A stretch of DNA of 62,932 nt, filler included. It is 5 parts of 5 records of this genome, joined end to end, with 100 filler letters (N's around TTAATTAATTAA, not from the genome) between each part and the next. Parts side by side here need not be neighbours in the genome. Positions count along the whole stretch, not along the records: positions 25,657 to 36,964 come from SRR31156797_93; positions 37,065 to 43,696 come from SRR31156797_95; 3 more parts are not named here. One strand, written 5' to 3'. This document shows positions 28,639-37,633 of this stretch, one piece after another. Every line of letters begins with the position of its first letter. The stretch's first letter is position 1. Under the pieces are notes generated by a model. That model was given only the letters and a program-made list of their open reading frames with translations, did no database searches and had not been told where the DNA came from. The position numbers and the translations under genes were made by a program.

Positions 28639-30699
28639 TTAATTTTTTCTTTTTCTTCTAGCACATAAAAATCCTATATCATAGTGTTGATAACTTGGAT
28701 TATTGTAAAATGTCATTTGTGAGTTTGAAATTTTAAAATATGAAGGGTCATTAAAATTCCAAGAACCACCTTTTAAGTAGTTATAATCATTGTTATCTAA
28801 TGTTGATGTCCAAACCCAAACATTACCAACCATATCACTTACACCAAACTTTGAATTACCTTGTGGAAACATCCCTATTTCTGTTGTTTTATTTAATTGA
28901 TTCATCCCATTGTTACAATAATTTTTATTCCAAGTATTACCCCAAGGATAAACTCTTTTTTTGTCTCCAGCATTTGCTACATATTCCCATTGATTTTTAC
29001 TAGGGATAAAATATTCATATTGTGAATCAATTTCCGATAAATATTTACAAAAAGCAATTGCTTCATAATAAGTAATATACACAATAGGCTGCAACTCACT
29101 GTTGAAGTCTTCTTTTTTTAATACTTTTCCAAACTTCTTTTTAAAATAAACGGATTCCTTTTCTAACATAGAACTATATTTTTCATCAAGACTGTGAATT
29201 TTGTTATCAATAAGCCAAACTTTTGATTCAATATTATTCCAATATTTAGGATTGTCATAACCGCCAGCTAAAATAAACTCCTCGTACCACTTATTTGTGA
29301 TTACATATTTGCTAAACTCTATATTCTCATTTGGAATTTTTATGAACTCTTTTGGGTCAATATCTCCATCATAAAGAGGAACTATATTATCTGAAAAATC
29401 TGTTTTATATACAGGAAGTGAATCAATTTGTACATTTTCTACTATTTCATTATTTGATTTCAGAAACTCAAATGCACTTATCCGATAAAACTTGTTTTCT
29501 AACCAATATTTTCCTTGCTCTGTGCTAAAAATATTTTTTAATACTTTAAAGTTTTTTTCCAAAACTGAGAAAACTAACTCCTTTTCCTTTGGTAAGATAT
29601 TTATATTTTTTAATATTTCATCTTTATGAAATGTTTCATTTTGAATAAAACTTATAACTTGCCTAGCTATAGAATCACTTTTTACCAGTAAATTATGAAA
29701 CTCTTTAAATAGTTCTTCCATCACACAAGAAATTGAAAAAAGTGAAAAGATTTTTTTCTCTTCTAATTGTGTATTTGGATTCAACCTTATATATATTTTA
29801 GAAGATATTTTGATTCTATTTATTAGTTTTGTTACAAGTCGTGGTGTTAAATTTGGTAAAAAAGAGATTGAGTAAATTACATTTTTAATATTTTCATCTA
29901 ATGGCTTTCCGGATACACTCTTCAAATGAATATTATCTAACAGTTCATTTATTTTTCCAGAAAATGAAGGGAGATAAAATGGAAGATTAACTGTTTTATT
30001 TAAATAATCATTACTATTTTTTATATTCGTTTTTAATTGCTCTTCAAGTTGTTTTTCATCAGCTGCTAAAACAAAAGAGAAACCTTTTAAATTAAACACT
30101 AAGTTTATACTTTCTAAAACTTTAAGACTATTTTTAGAGCTACATTTGTCCAAGTTATCAATATAGACAATAAACAATATATCCTTTTCAATCAAAAGTT
30201 TTTCAAGCTTTTTCAATAAATCATAAATCTCCAAAAGATACTTATCAATATTTGAGTGTTCAGGATTTTGTGTTTGTGATTGTGTTTTGCTTGTAAGCGA
30301 TAAAATCGCATATTTTATATACTTTATAAAATCAAACAGTTCTATTACAACATCTTCTTCTAGATGTACTTGTTGCTCTTGAATAGATTGTTCAATTATT
30401 TCCAATATATCAATTAGAGGATTGTCATTTTCTTCATATTTCCAAATATCATAAAAAGCATTTATTACTCTTTTTCCACCTTTTACACTTTGAACACTGT
30501 TAACGAGAAAATTAAGTAAAGATGTCTTTCCCTTGCCCCATTCACCATAAATTCCTATTGTAAAAGGTGATGGTGTCTCAAGGATAGATTCACTTAAAAC
30601 TTCTGCATAAATATCAAAATCCAATGTATCATATTTTATTTTTTCTATAGCACTGTCGTTTATTAAACTAAATTGCGTTTCTTCTTTTATTTCTAACAT
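28639..30699 (-). CDS. KAP-family P-loop NTPase fused to an FGE-sulfatase (CLec-fold) domain
   Basis: IGIYGEWGKGKTS, IDNLDKC, YLNKTVNLPF, TPR; C-terminal QWEY..YPWG..DMVGNVWVW..KGGSW..IGF. Confidence 0.88.
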   Translation of the reverse strand: MLEIKEETQFSLINDSAIEKIKYDTLDFDIYAEVLSESILETPSPFTIGIYGEWGKGKTSLLNFLVNSVQSVKGGKRVINAFYDIWKYEENDNPLIDILEIIEQSIQEQQVHLEEDVVIELFDFIKYIKYAILSLTSKTQSQTQNPEHSNIDKYLLEIYDLLKKLEKLLIEKDILFIVYIDNLDKCSSKNSLKVLESINLVFNLKGFSFVLAADEKQLEEQLKTNIKNSNDYLNKTVNLPFYLPSFSGKINELLDNIHLKSVSGKPLDENIKNVIYSISFLPNLTPRLVTKLINRIKISSKIYIRLNPNTQLEEKKIFSLFSISCVMEELFKEFHNLLVKSDSIARQVISFIQNETFHKDEILKNINILPKEKELVFSVLEKNFKVLKNIFSTEQGKYWLENKFYRISAFEFLKSNNEIVENVQIDSLPVYKTDFSDNIVPLYDGDIDPKEFIKIPNENIEFSKYVITNKWYEEFILAGGYDNPKYWNNIESKVWLIDNKIHSLDEKYSSMLEKESVYFKKKFGKVLKKEDFNSELQPIVYITYYEAIAFCKYLSEIDSQYEYFIPSKNQWEYVANAGDKKRVYPWGNTWNKNYCNNGMNQLNKTTEIGMFPQGNSKFGVSDMVGNVWVWTSTLDNNDYNYLKGGSWNFNDPSYFKISNSQMTFYNNPSYQHYDIGFLCARRKRKN

Positions 30700-30816
30700 A
30701 CTCCACCTTTAAAAAGAAAAAGTATATCATAAATTATTTAATAATTTATTTAGTTTTTTATTATTTATATAAATAGTATACAATTAGTATAAGTTTTAAA
30801 AATTATTTGAAAAAGA

Positions 30817-31497
30817 TTAGATTTCTATACTTGCTTTTATCTCTTTTATTATCTTAGACCAATCTTTTATAAATATTTTATAAGATTCTTTTTTTTTATC
30901 ATCGTATGATAAGTATGTTCTTATATAACTTCTTTTTTTTGCCATGGAATCAAATATTATATTGTTACATTTACTTAATCCAAATACTTTAAGTTTTTCA
31001 AAATGGGGATACTTACTTTTTGTTTTTGAAAAATCAAATACAGTATCTTTTAGTCTATCTTCATCAACACCTGTAGTTATAAATAGAAGGTTTGAGTTTA
31101 ACTCATAAATATTTGTTGCAGAGATTAAACATCCAGTATGGTCTAAATATGGATTTTCACCTGTAGGTAAGATTATAAGTTTTGATTTTTTTATCAGTTT
31201 TAATATTGTTTTATCTATAAAAAAACATCCAGCTAAATCAACAACAACAACTTTTGAATCTTGTATTTTTTTATCTTGTTTAAAATTATATGTCAAGTAT
31301 GTATGCTCATAGAATTTTGCAGTTCCAGATATAGCTGAACCTTGATCATTTGTTATATATGGAACATTAAACTCTTTAGCCAATCCTAATGCAATTACAG
31401 ACTTTCCTATCCCACCTTTATAACCTGCTGTAAATATAACAATTTTGTCATTTAATGCATTGATTAAATTACTATTTAGACTAAATATGTTTTTCAT
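30817..31497 (-). CDS. ParA/MinD-like ATPase
   Basis: Deviant Walker A KGGIGKS; VVVDLAG; IILPT. Confidence 0.75.
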   Translation of the reverse strand: MKNIFSLNSNLINALNDKIVIFTAGYKGGIGKSVIALGLAKEFNVPYITNDQGSAISGTAKFYEHTYLTYNFKQDKKIQDSKVVVVDLAGCFFIDKTILKLIKKSKLIILPTGENPYLDHTGCLISATNIYELNSNLLFITTGVDEDRLKDTVFDFSKTKSKYPHFEKLKVFGLSKCNNIIFDSMAKKRSYIRTYLSYDDKKKESYKIFIKDWSKIIKEIKASIEI

Positions 31498-31622
31498 GTT
31501 TCCCTACACCTCATTATCAACTTTTTATAATGAAAAGTATTATACTATTTTTGATTTAAACTAACTTTAAAAATTATTTAGTAATAATTTATTTCATTAT
31601 TGAAAATACGGAGACAAAAAAA

Positions 31623-32696
31623 GTGAATTTTGAAAATTATAATAAAATATACCAAGAGATACTTGATGATGAAAACAATGAAATCTCAGCAAATTATCTT
31701 TTAAATAAATATGAAATAAAACATGATGAAGAGTTAATAAATATACTCAATCAAATTAAAAAAAACGAATACATAAGTAGCGACAATATGGCTATAAATA
31801 AGCTTATATCTGAACTCGATGAAGATGAAGAGTTACTTGATATCAATGAAATAATTGATATAAAAGAAAAAGTTATTTCAGATGATTTTGAAAGTACTTT
31901 TGATTTTGTTGCAACTGAAAATAAAAAAGAAGAAATAGAAGAAAATAATATTAATGAAAAAAAAGTAAAAAATAATATTTTAAAAGAAAAGCTTACAAAC
32001 ATGTATGCTTTAAAAGAAAATATTAATCTAAAATATACAATACCTTTTTTAATTATATTTTTAATATCTATAACTTATTTTGGTACATCTAAAACCACAT
32101 CACAAACTTCAGAAAACACTATTGAGAAAGTCACAGAAAATTCAAATAATACTTTTAAAGAAAAAGTTGTTGCAAATGAACATAGTATAACTCCAAAAGA
32201 GATACAAAACACCAATATAATCAAAACTCAAGAACCTACAGTTGATACAAGTAATGGAAACACAGAAGAAACAATATCAGCAAATATTGATAATATTGTT
32301 GAAAATCAAATTGAAGATGAAATAATACAAACTAATGACGATAATGAAATTGAAGCTAAGTTAAACCATATTCAAACATATGAAATCACATATGAAATTG
32401 GAGACAGAAATACAAGTAATGAAGAGGAAAAACAAATAGCCAAAGCTGAAGCAATAATGAACCAAGAACCACCAGCTGCTACAGCTTTAGAAACTCCTAC
32501 ACTTGACTCTTTAAATGATATAGATAACTATATAAATGAACTATCTTATAAAGATGGAAAACTTTTATATAACAATAATGAATACGCTGAAGATGACCAG
32601 CTATTTGGTTTTAAAATTTACAAACTAACTTCTTTATATGTTAAATTTGAAGATGAAAAAAACCATATTAGAAAAAGAGTTTTATTTAAAAATTAA
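31623..32696 (+). CDS. Acidic single-TM protein with a small C-terminal beta domain
   Basis: TM IPFLIIFLISITYFG; low-complexity E/N/T linker; C-terminal YNNNEYAEDDQLFGFKIYKLTSLYVKF. Confidence 0.7.
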   Translation: MNFENYNKIYQEILDDENNEISANYLLNKYEIKHDEELINILNQIKKNEYISSDNMAINKLISELDEDEELLDINEIIDIKEKVISDDFESTFDFVATENKKEEIEENNINEKKVKNNILKEKLTNMYALKENINLKYTIPFLIIFLISITYFGTSKTTSQTSENTIEKVTENSNNTFKEKVVANEHSITPKEIQNTNIIKTQEPTVDTSNGNTEETISANIDNIVENQIEDEIIQTNDDNEIEAKLNHIQTYEITYEIGDRNTSNEEEKQIAKAEAIMNQEPPAATALETPTLDSLNDIDNYINELSYKDGKLLYNNNEYAEDDQLFGFKIYKLTSLYVKFEDEKNHIRKRVLFKN

Positions 32697-32707
32697 AAAG
32701 GATAAAA

Positions 32708-33112
32708 ATGAAAAAATTAATAATATTTGGGATTTTGGCTGTAATATTTACTGGATGCTCAATAAACAAACAACCTGAACCTGAAAATAAAGTTGCTAAC
32801 GAAACTATTGTAGAAGAAGAAGCAAATACAAAAAAAGAAGAAATAGTAACTGAGGCTAAAAAAGTAAAATATATTCCATTTACTTTTTATAAAATTGTTC
32901 CAGATAAAATTGAAGTTTTTCCATATAGTAGACTTTATAGTATAAATACAATTGATGATAAAAAACTAACTAACTCATTTTATGTGAAAGGAAATTACAT
33001 AAGAATAGAGAAAATCTACTTATCAGAAATAGGAGATAAGTATGGGAAAATTGTAGGTAAGAACTTATTGGTTTCTATGGATGACTTAGAAGAGAGTGAC
33101 AGAAAAGAATAA
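32708..33112 (+). CDS. Lipoprotein of unknown function
   Basis: MKKLIIFGILAVIFTG-C lipobox; AAGGA SD. Confidence 0.8.
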   Translation: MKKLIIFGILAVIFTGCSINKQPEPENKVANETIVEEEANTKKEEIVTEAKKVKYIPFTFYKIVPDKIEVFPYSRLYSINTIDDKKLTNSFYVKGNYIRIEKIYLSEIGDKYGKIVGKNLLVSMDDLEESDRKE

Positions 33113-33236
33113 GTAAGTATTCTACCTAGTTATTTACTTATTTAAGGTTGACATAATAATTATAAATAAACGAATTGTTGTAATATTTTTAATATTTTTA
33201 ATCATTCTATTTAGCTATATAATTTATCTAAATAGA

Positions 33237-33932
33237 ATGATTATAAATCTAAACAATAACATAAAAGCTAAAGACGAACTTTACAAAATACAAATTAACA
33301 ATAGAATAAAAGAGATTGATCAGTTAAACTCACAGTTAACTGATCTGCATCAAGTACTAAATATTGGATTAGATTTATCTACTAAAAACAATGTTTTTTT
33401 AGATACAAAACTAAATGAAAAAGAAAAAAATTTTATTTTGGATTCGATTCCTAGTTCTCCACCTTTGGAAAAAGTTTTTGTTACATCAAACTTTGGCTAT
33501 AGAATTCATCCTTTATATAATGAGTCTCGCCTTCATTCTGGTATTGACCTAAGAGCAAAGATAGGTACAAATGTTTATGCTACAGCAGACGGTATCGTAT
33601 CAAAAGTAAGAAAAAATGACCCCGGTGGTTACGGAAAGATGATAAGAATAATTCACAATTATGGGTTTGAATCAATTTATGCTCATTTAGATTTTGTAAA
33701 TGTAAATGTAGGCGATATTATAAAAAAAGGAACATTAATAGGATTAAGTGGGAATACAGGCGACAGTAATGGTCCACATCTACACTATGAAATAAGATAT
33801 TTAAATAAGTATTTAAACCCACAAAGTTTTTTGTATTGGAATAAAAAAACATTTGACACTATTTTTACAAAAAACCAAGAAAAAATACATTGGAAAGATT
33901 TAATCTTTCTAATAAAAGAACAAAAATATTAA
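33237..33932 (+). CDS. M23-family metallopeptidase (Csd1-like); true N-terminus uncertain
   Basis: HSGID, GYGK, YAHL, GNTG.SNGPHLHYE. Confidence 0.9.
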   Translation: MIINLNNNIKAKDELYKIQINNRIKEIDQLNSQLTDLHQVLNIGLDLSTKNNVFLDTKLNEKEKNFILDSIPSSPPLEKVFVTSNFGYRIHPLYNESRLHSGIDLRAKIGTNVYATADGIVSKVRKNDPGGYGKMIRIIHNYGFESIYAHLDFVNVNVGDIIKKGTLIGLSGNTGDSNGPHLHYEIRYLNKYLNPQSFLYWNKKTFDTIFTKNQEKIHWKDLIFLIKEQKY

Positions 33933-33941
33933 AGGAAATAT

Positions 33942-34607
33942 ATGTTTTCTAATGAAGATAAATATCAAAATTTATTAGCTCAACTTCACGAATTAAATAG
34001 ACAAAACTTGCTAAATGATAATGAAAAAAATGAAGAATTAATTCAAAAAATAGATTATCTAAACTCAATCATAGAAGAAAAAAAAGAAGAGAAAACAAAT
34101 AATTCTCTTCTTTATAAGATTTTATATCTTCTAATAGGTATATCACTGTTTAATACTATATTGTGCATCTTTATAATATTTAATCAAAACCCAGAAAAAG
34201 AAACACAAAAAGAGATTTTAAGTGAAATAACACAACAAATTGAAAATATAGATATAAATAGCAAAGAGATAATTGAAACTTCTACAATAGAACCTCCAGA
34301 GATAAAAGAAGAGGAACCAAAAGAAGAGATTCAAGAGCCACTTACAGAAGAGGAAAAAATACCTGACAATGCAATATCTTTTAATCAAGAAGTAATAGAA
34401 GAACCAAAAGATGAAAGCTATGAAGAGATGAAACCAATCATCAAAAAAGACACTATCTATTCATGCGAAGATGACAACTATACAAAAATCTACAAAATCC
34501 CCTACACAGTAGAGATAAAAGGAAAACTATATGAAGATAGATTTGTTTTTATACTTCAAAATGATAATGGAACTAGAAAGTGTATGATTAATAAGAATGA
34601 TATGTAG
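33942..34607 (+). CDS. Coiled-coil, single-TM acidic hypothetical protein
   Basis: AAGGA SD; TM ILYLLIGISLFNTILCIFII; E/P-rich linker; two Cys in the C-terminal domain. Confidence 0.7.
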   Translation: MFSNEDKYQNLLAQLHELNRQNLLNDNEKNEELIQKIDYLNSIIEEKKEEKTNNSLLYKILYLLIGISLFNTILCIFIIFNQNPEKETQKEILSEITQQIENIDINSKEIIETSTIEPPEIKEEEPKEEIQEPLTEEEKIPDNAISFNQEVIEEPKDESYEEMKPIIKKDTIYSCEDDNYTKIYKIPYTVEIKGKLYEDRFVFILQNDNGTRKCMINKNDM

Positions 34608-34627
34608 AGGTTAGGATTATAAAATAT

Positions 34628-35055
34628 TTATAATCCTAGCCATCTTTTCCAAAAAGGTTTTAAAATGCCATCTTCATTAAAGCATGATTTACCTTTTCTC
34701 ACTTCTTTCATACTTTTAGGTGAACAATGTGCTAATGAACGATTAAATACTCTTCTATAAATTTTTCTCTTGTATCTTCTGCAAACTGGATTGACTTTGA
34801 TTCTTTTAAAGGACTTTGATATTTAATTTTTGCTAAAGTAAATATATCTTTAACAGGCATTTCATAAAAATGAAATTCTTCTATACTATATGCATTTATA
34901 AGTGGAGTTAAATCTACTATTGGACTTCTTTCAATTCTAAGTTTTTTTAAATTTGGAAATTGATCAATACACTCTAATGATTTTAGATTACTAAAGCTTC
35001 ATTATTTTCTCCCAATATAAAAAATGTTACTTTTACCTTTTCACTATCTTTCATA
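34628..35055 (-). pseudogene. Degraded LRR-protein paralog (absent from the ORF track)
   Basis: Reads SNLKSLECIDQFPNLKKLRIERSPIVDLTPL.. and, after a frameshift, HCSPKSMKEVRKGKSCFNEDGILKPFWKRWLGL*, matching the C-terminus at 35860. Confidence 0.75.
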
Positions 35056-35060
35056 TTTGT

Positions 35061-35858
35061 TTATGCTACTACATAAACTTTATTTGTATAAATTTCACTA
35101 ATTGCCTTCAATGTTTCATCTGCAATTCTTGTATTTGTAACTATTTTTTTACTTTTTTTAAGCTCTTTAGCTAATTCATAAAAAAGTTTTATTTTTGATT
35201 GTAATTTTCCATCTTTAAAAATACATTTTTGTTTAGAGTTATCTTCTATATTAATCAAATAACATTCAGCACTATTAGATGCTAAATCATTTTTAAAATT
35301 TCCTATAAGATGCAATTTATAAGATGCACTATCTGGAAAATTGATTTCATCGTATTTTAAAGAGTATTTTGTGTGATCTTTATTTAAATTAATTGAAAGA
35401 TAATATAAAAGATGTCCTTGACCTTCTTTCACTCCATCTACAAAACTTCCTTCATATTTAAACCCACTTCTCTCTTGGGATAATGTCCCTTTCCCATGAA
35501 ACTTATCATCCTTCCAATAGCCTTCATACTTTAGTCTTAATTTAGATTCTAAGATTCCATAACCATTTCTTGTTCCATTTTTTATTGCACCTTGATATCT
35601 TGCATTAAACCCTATAATAAATCCCATTTCAATATCATGTTTATTAAATTCAAATTTTCCAGTTTGATGATTGTATTCCAAGGGAGGCAATCCTATATAT
35701 TCATAATATATCTTTCCCTTCCCATTTGCTTCAGTATAATTTTGTTCATCATATACTTTTCCATCATCTAGAACAATTTTTTCTACTTTTAAAAAACTAA
35801 GATCCATTGAATACAATGATAGTATTAAAAATAAATTAGTTAATAGTATTTTTTTCAT
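35061..35858 (-). CDS. Secreted MORN-repeat protein
   Basis: Signal peptide; YQGAIKNGTRNGYG, YEGYWKDDKFHGKG, YEGSFVDGVKEGQG. Confidence 0.85.
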   Translation of the reverse strand: MKKILLTNLFLILSLYSMDLSFLKVEKIVLDDGKVYDEQNYTEANGKGKIYYEYIGLPPLEYNHQTGKFEFNKHDIEMGFIIGFNARYQGAIKNGTRNGYGILESKLRLKYEGYWKDDKFHGKGTLSQERSGFKYEGSFVDGVKEGQGHLLYYLSINLNKDHTKYSLKYDEINFPDSASYKLHLIGNFKNDLASNSAECYLINIEDNSKQKCIFKDGKLQSKIKLFYELAKELKKSKKIVTNTRIADETLKAISEIYTNKVYVVA

Positions 35859-35859
35859 A

Positions 35860-36877
35860 TTAAATTCCTAACAATCTTTTCCACCAAGATTTTAATGTTC
35901 CATCTTTTTCATAGCAGCTTTTTCCTTCTATTATATCCTCCTCATTTTTTGGAGAACACCATTTAAGTGGTGTATTTATTGCAGTAAACGTTAAATACTT
36001 TGGATCTATATTTGCCATTATTCCACTTGCATCTGTCACTTGTGTACCTGATATATTAAGTATATTTAGCTTATGCAGTTTTTTTAAAATAGTTATATCT
36101 TTTATATTTGTTTTATTTAAAAATAGATGTTCTATATTTGGGAAGTTTATTATAAAATCAATATTTGTTATAAACTTATTATTTCTTAAGCTTAATCTTT
36201 CAAGTTTTTTAAGATTTGTTAATGTATTCATATCTTGTTCTGTAACAGTTCTAGTAGGACTAAAGTTTGTTAGATTAATAAAATTATTAATCATTTGGAA
36301 ATTTTTAACTTTTATATTTCCTAATCCTAAATATTCTAAGTTTGTTAAATCTTTTATTTGAGAAATATCTATGGTATCAATATCTTTCATATAACCATAT
36401 GACAAACTTTGTAAAGTTTTAATATTATTTATTGGAGATAAATCTGAAACCTGTGTACTATAAAGATCTAAATCTTCTAAATACTTTAAATCTTTTAAAG
36501 CAGATAAATCACTTACAGGATTACCATCAAGATTTAGCTCTTTTAATTTTGTAAGATGTTTTAAAACTGAAATATCTTTTACTTTACTTCGTGGAAGAGA
36601 GAGAAGTAAGGCTTGTAAAAAACTTTAAAGGAGATAAATCGGTAACATTATAAATATCTGCATCAGCTGAAAAATATTTACTACCAGTTCTAGCATAAAG
36701 ATATGCACACATATCTTTATCATGTTTTATCGATTTATATTTTGCAATAGCTTCAAATGTAATTTTTTGGGAAGGTGTTGGATTATTACACATCTGCATA
36801 AACTCTTCTTCATTTGCTAAATCTCCTGCAAATAAAAAAGAACTGTAAATAAAAAATCCTAAAATTATTTTTTTCAT
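35860..36877 (-). pseudogene. Secreted internalin-type LRR protein split by a frameshift in a CT dinucleotide run
   Basis: ORF 36584-36877 (signal peptide, DLSPLKFF) continues in another frame as SLPRSKVKDISVLKHLTKLK and joins 35860-36405; adding one CT at 36596-36604 restores the frame. Confidence 0.8.
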
Positions 36878-36963
36878 CGTTTTGCTCCAACTCTTTGTAA
36901 AAACTCTTTCACTTCTTTATGTAGCCAACGTCTGCTAGTAGAGTGAGATTCTATAGTCCTAAC
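36874..36963 (-). CDS. 3' end of an upstream gene coupled to the LRR gene
   Basis: Open frame VRTIESHSTSRRWLHKEVKEFLQRVGAKR* with ATGA overlap. Confidence 0.45.
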   Translation of the reverse strand, partial: VRTIESHSTSRRWLHKEVKEFLQRVGAKR

Positions 36964-36964
36964 C

Positions 36965-37064
36965 NNNNNNNNNNNNNNNNNNNNNNNNNNNNNNNNNNNN
37001 NNNNNNNNTTAATTAATTAANNNNNNNNNNNNNNNNNNNNNNNNNNNNNNNNNNNNNNNNNNNN
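36965..37064. other. Artificial contig linker
   Basis: N44-TTAATTAATTAA-N44. Confidence 0.98.
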
Positions 37065-37424
37065 AAGGCCAATCACAGTAAAACACCAGTCAATGACGAA
37101 CACTGATCTGGAAAAATGCTCAAACCGGGTTGCAAATAATACAATTATAATAATAGAAATTGTAGCCAAAGCAGAAGCTTTGACAATATCAATGATGTCT
37201 TTCAAACTGGTGTACCGCCACATGCCCCGGTAGACATCAAAAAGATAAAAACAGATTAGCTTAAACATCAGCACATAGGCTGACGTCTCGAAAAATCTTT
37301 GACTGGCCCAGTCCGGGATATTAAAATCGTAACGGATCAGATGCGCCATGTAATAGCTGACGGTCAGGATCAAAAGGTCAACGGCAAGTGTTAGAAGGAA
37401 ATTACTGGATAACTTAATTTTCAT
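37065..37424 (-). CDS. CapD/PglF-type polysaccharide biosynthesis protein, N-terminal membrane part (truncated)
   Basis: D..SYYMAHLIRYD..YRGMWRYTSLKD..SRSVFVIDW. Confidence 0.85.
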
Positions 37425-37633
37425 TGGAACAAAACACACCTCAACTCATCAGACTTTCATAAATTTGGACTATGAAACAAGAGCCCTTGACCACAACAAT
37501 GATAGTTTCCTTGACTTTCCGTACCGCATCCAACAGGATGACCAACCCGTTGTACCATCTTAACACGCCGACAAAAAGAGCAAAGTCTTCAAATAGTATA
37601 AAAATCAGTCCAAGAATATTAAGGGAGCTATAA

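Noticed and set aside
28639-28800. FGE C-terminus as a DGR variable region
   Set aside because: No template repeat or reverse transcriptase is visible on the contig
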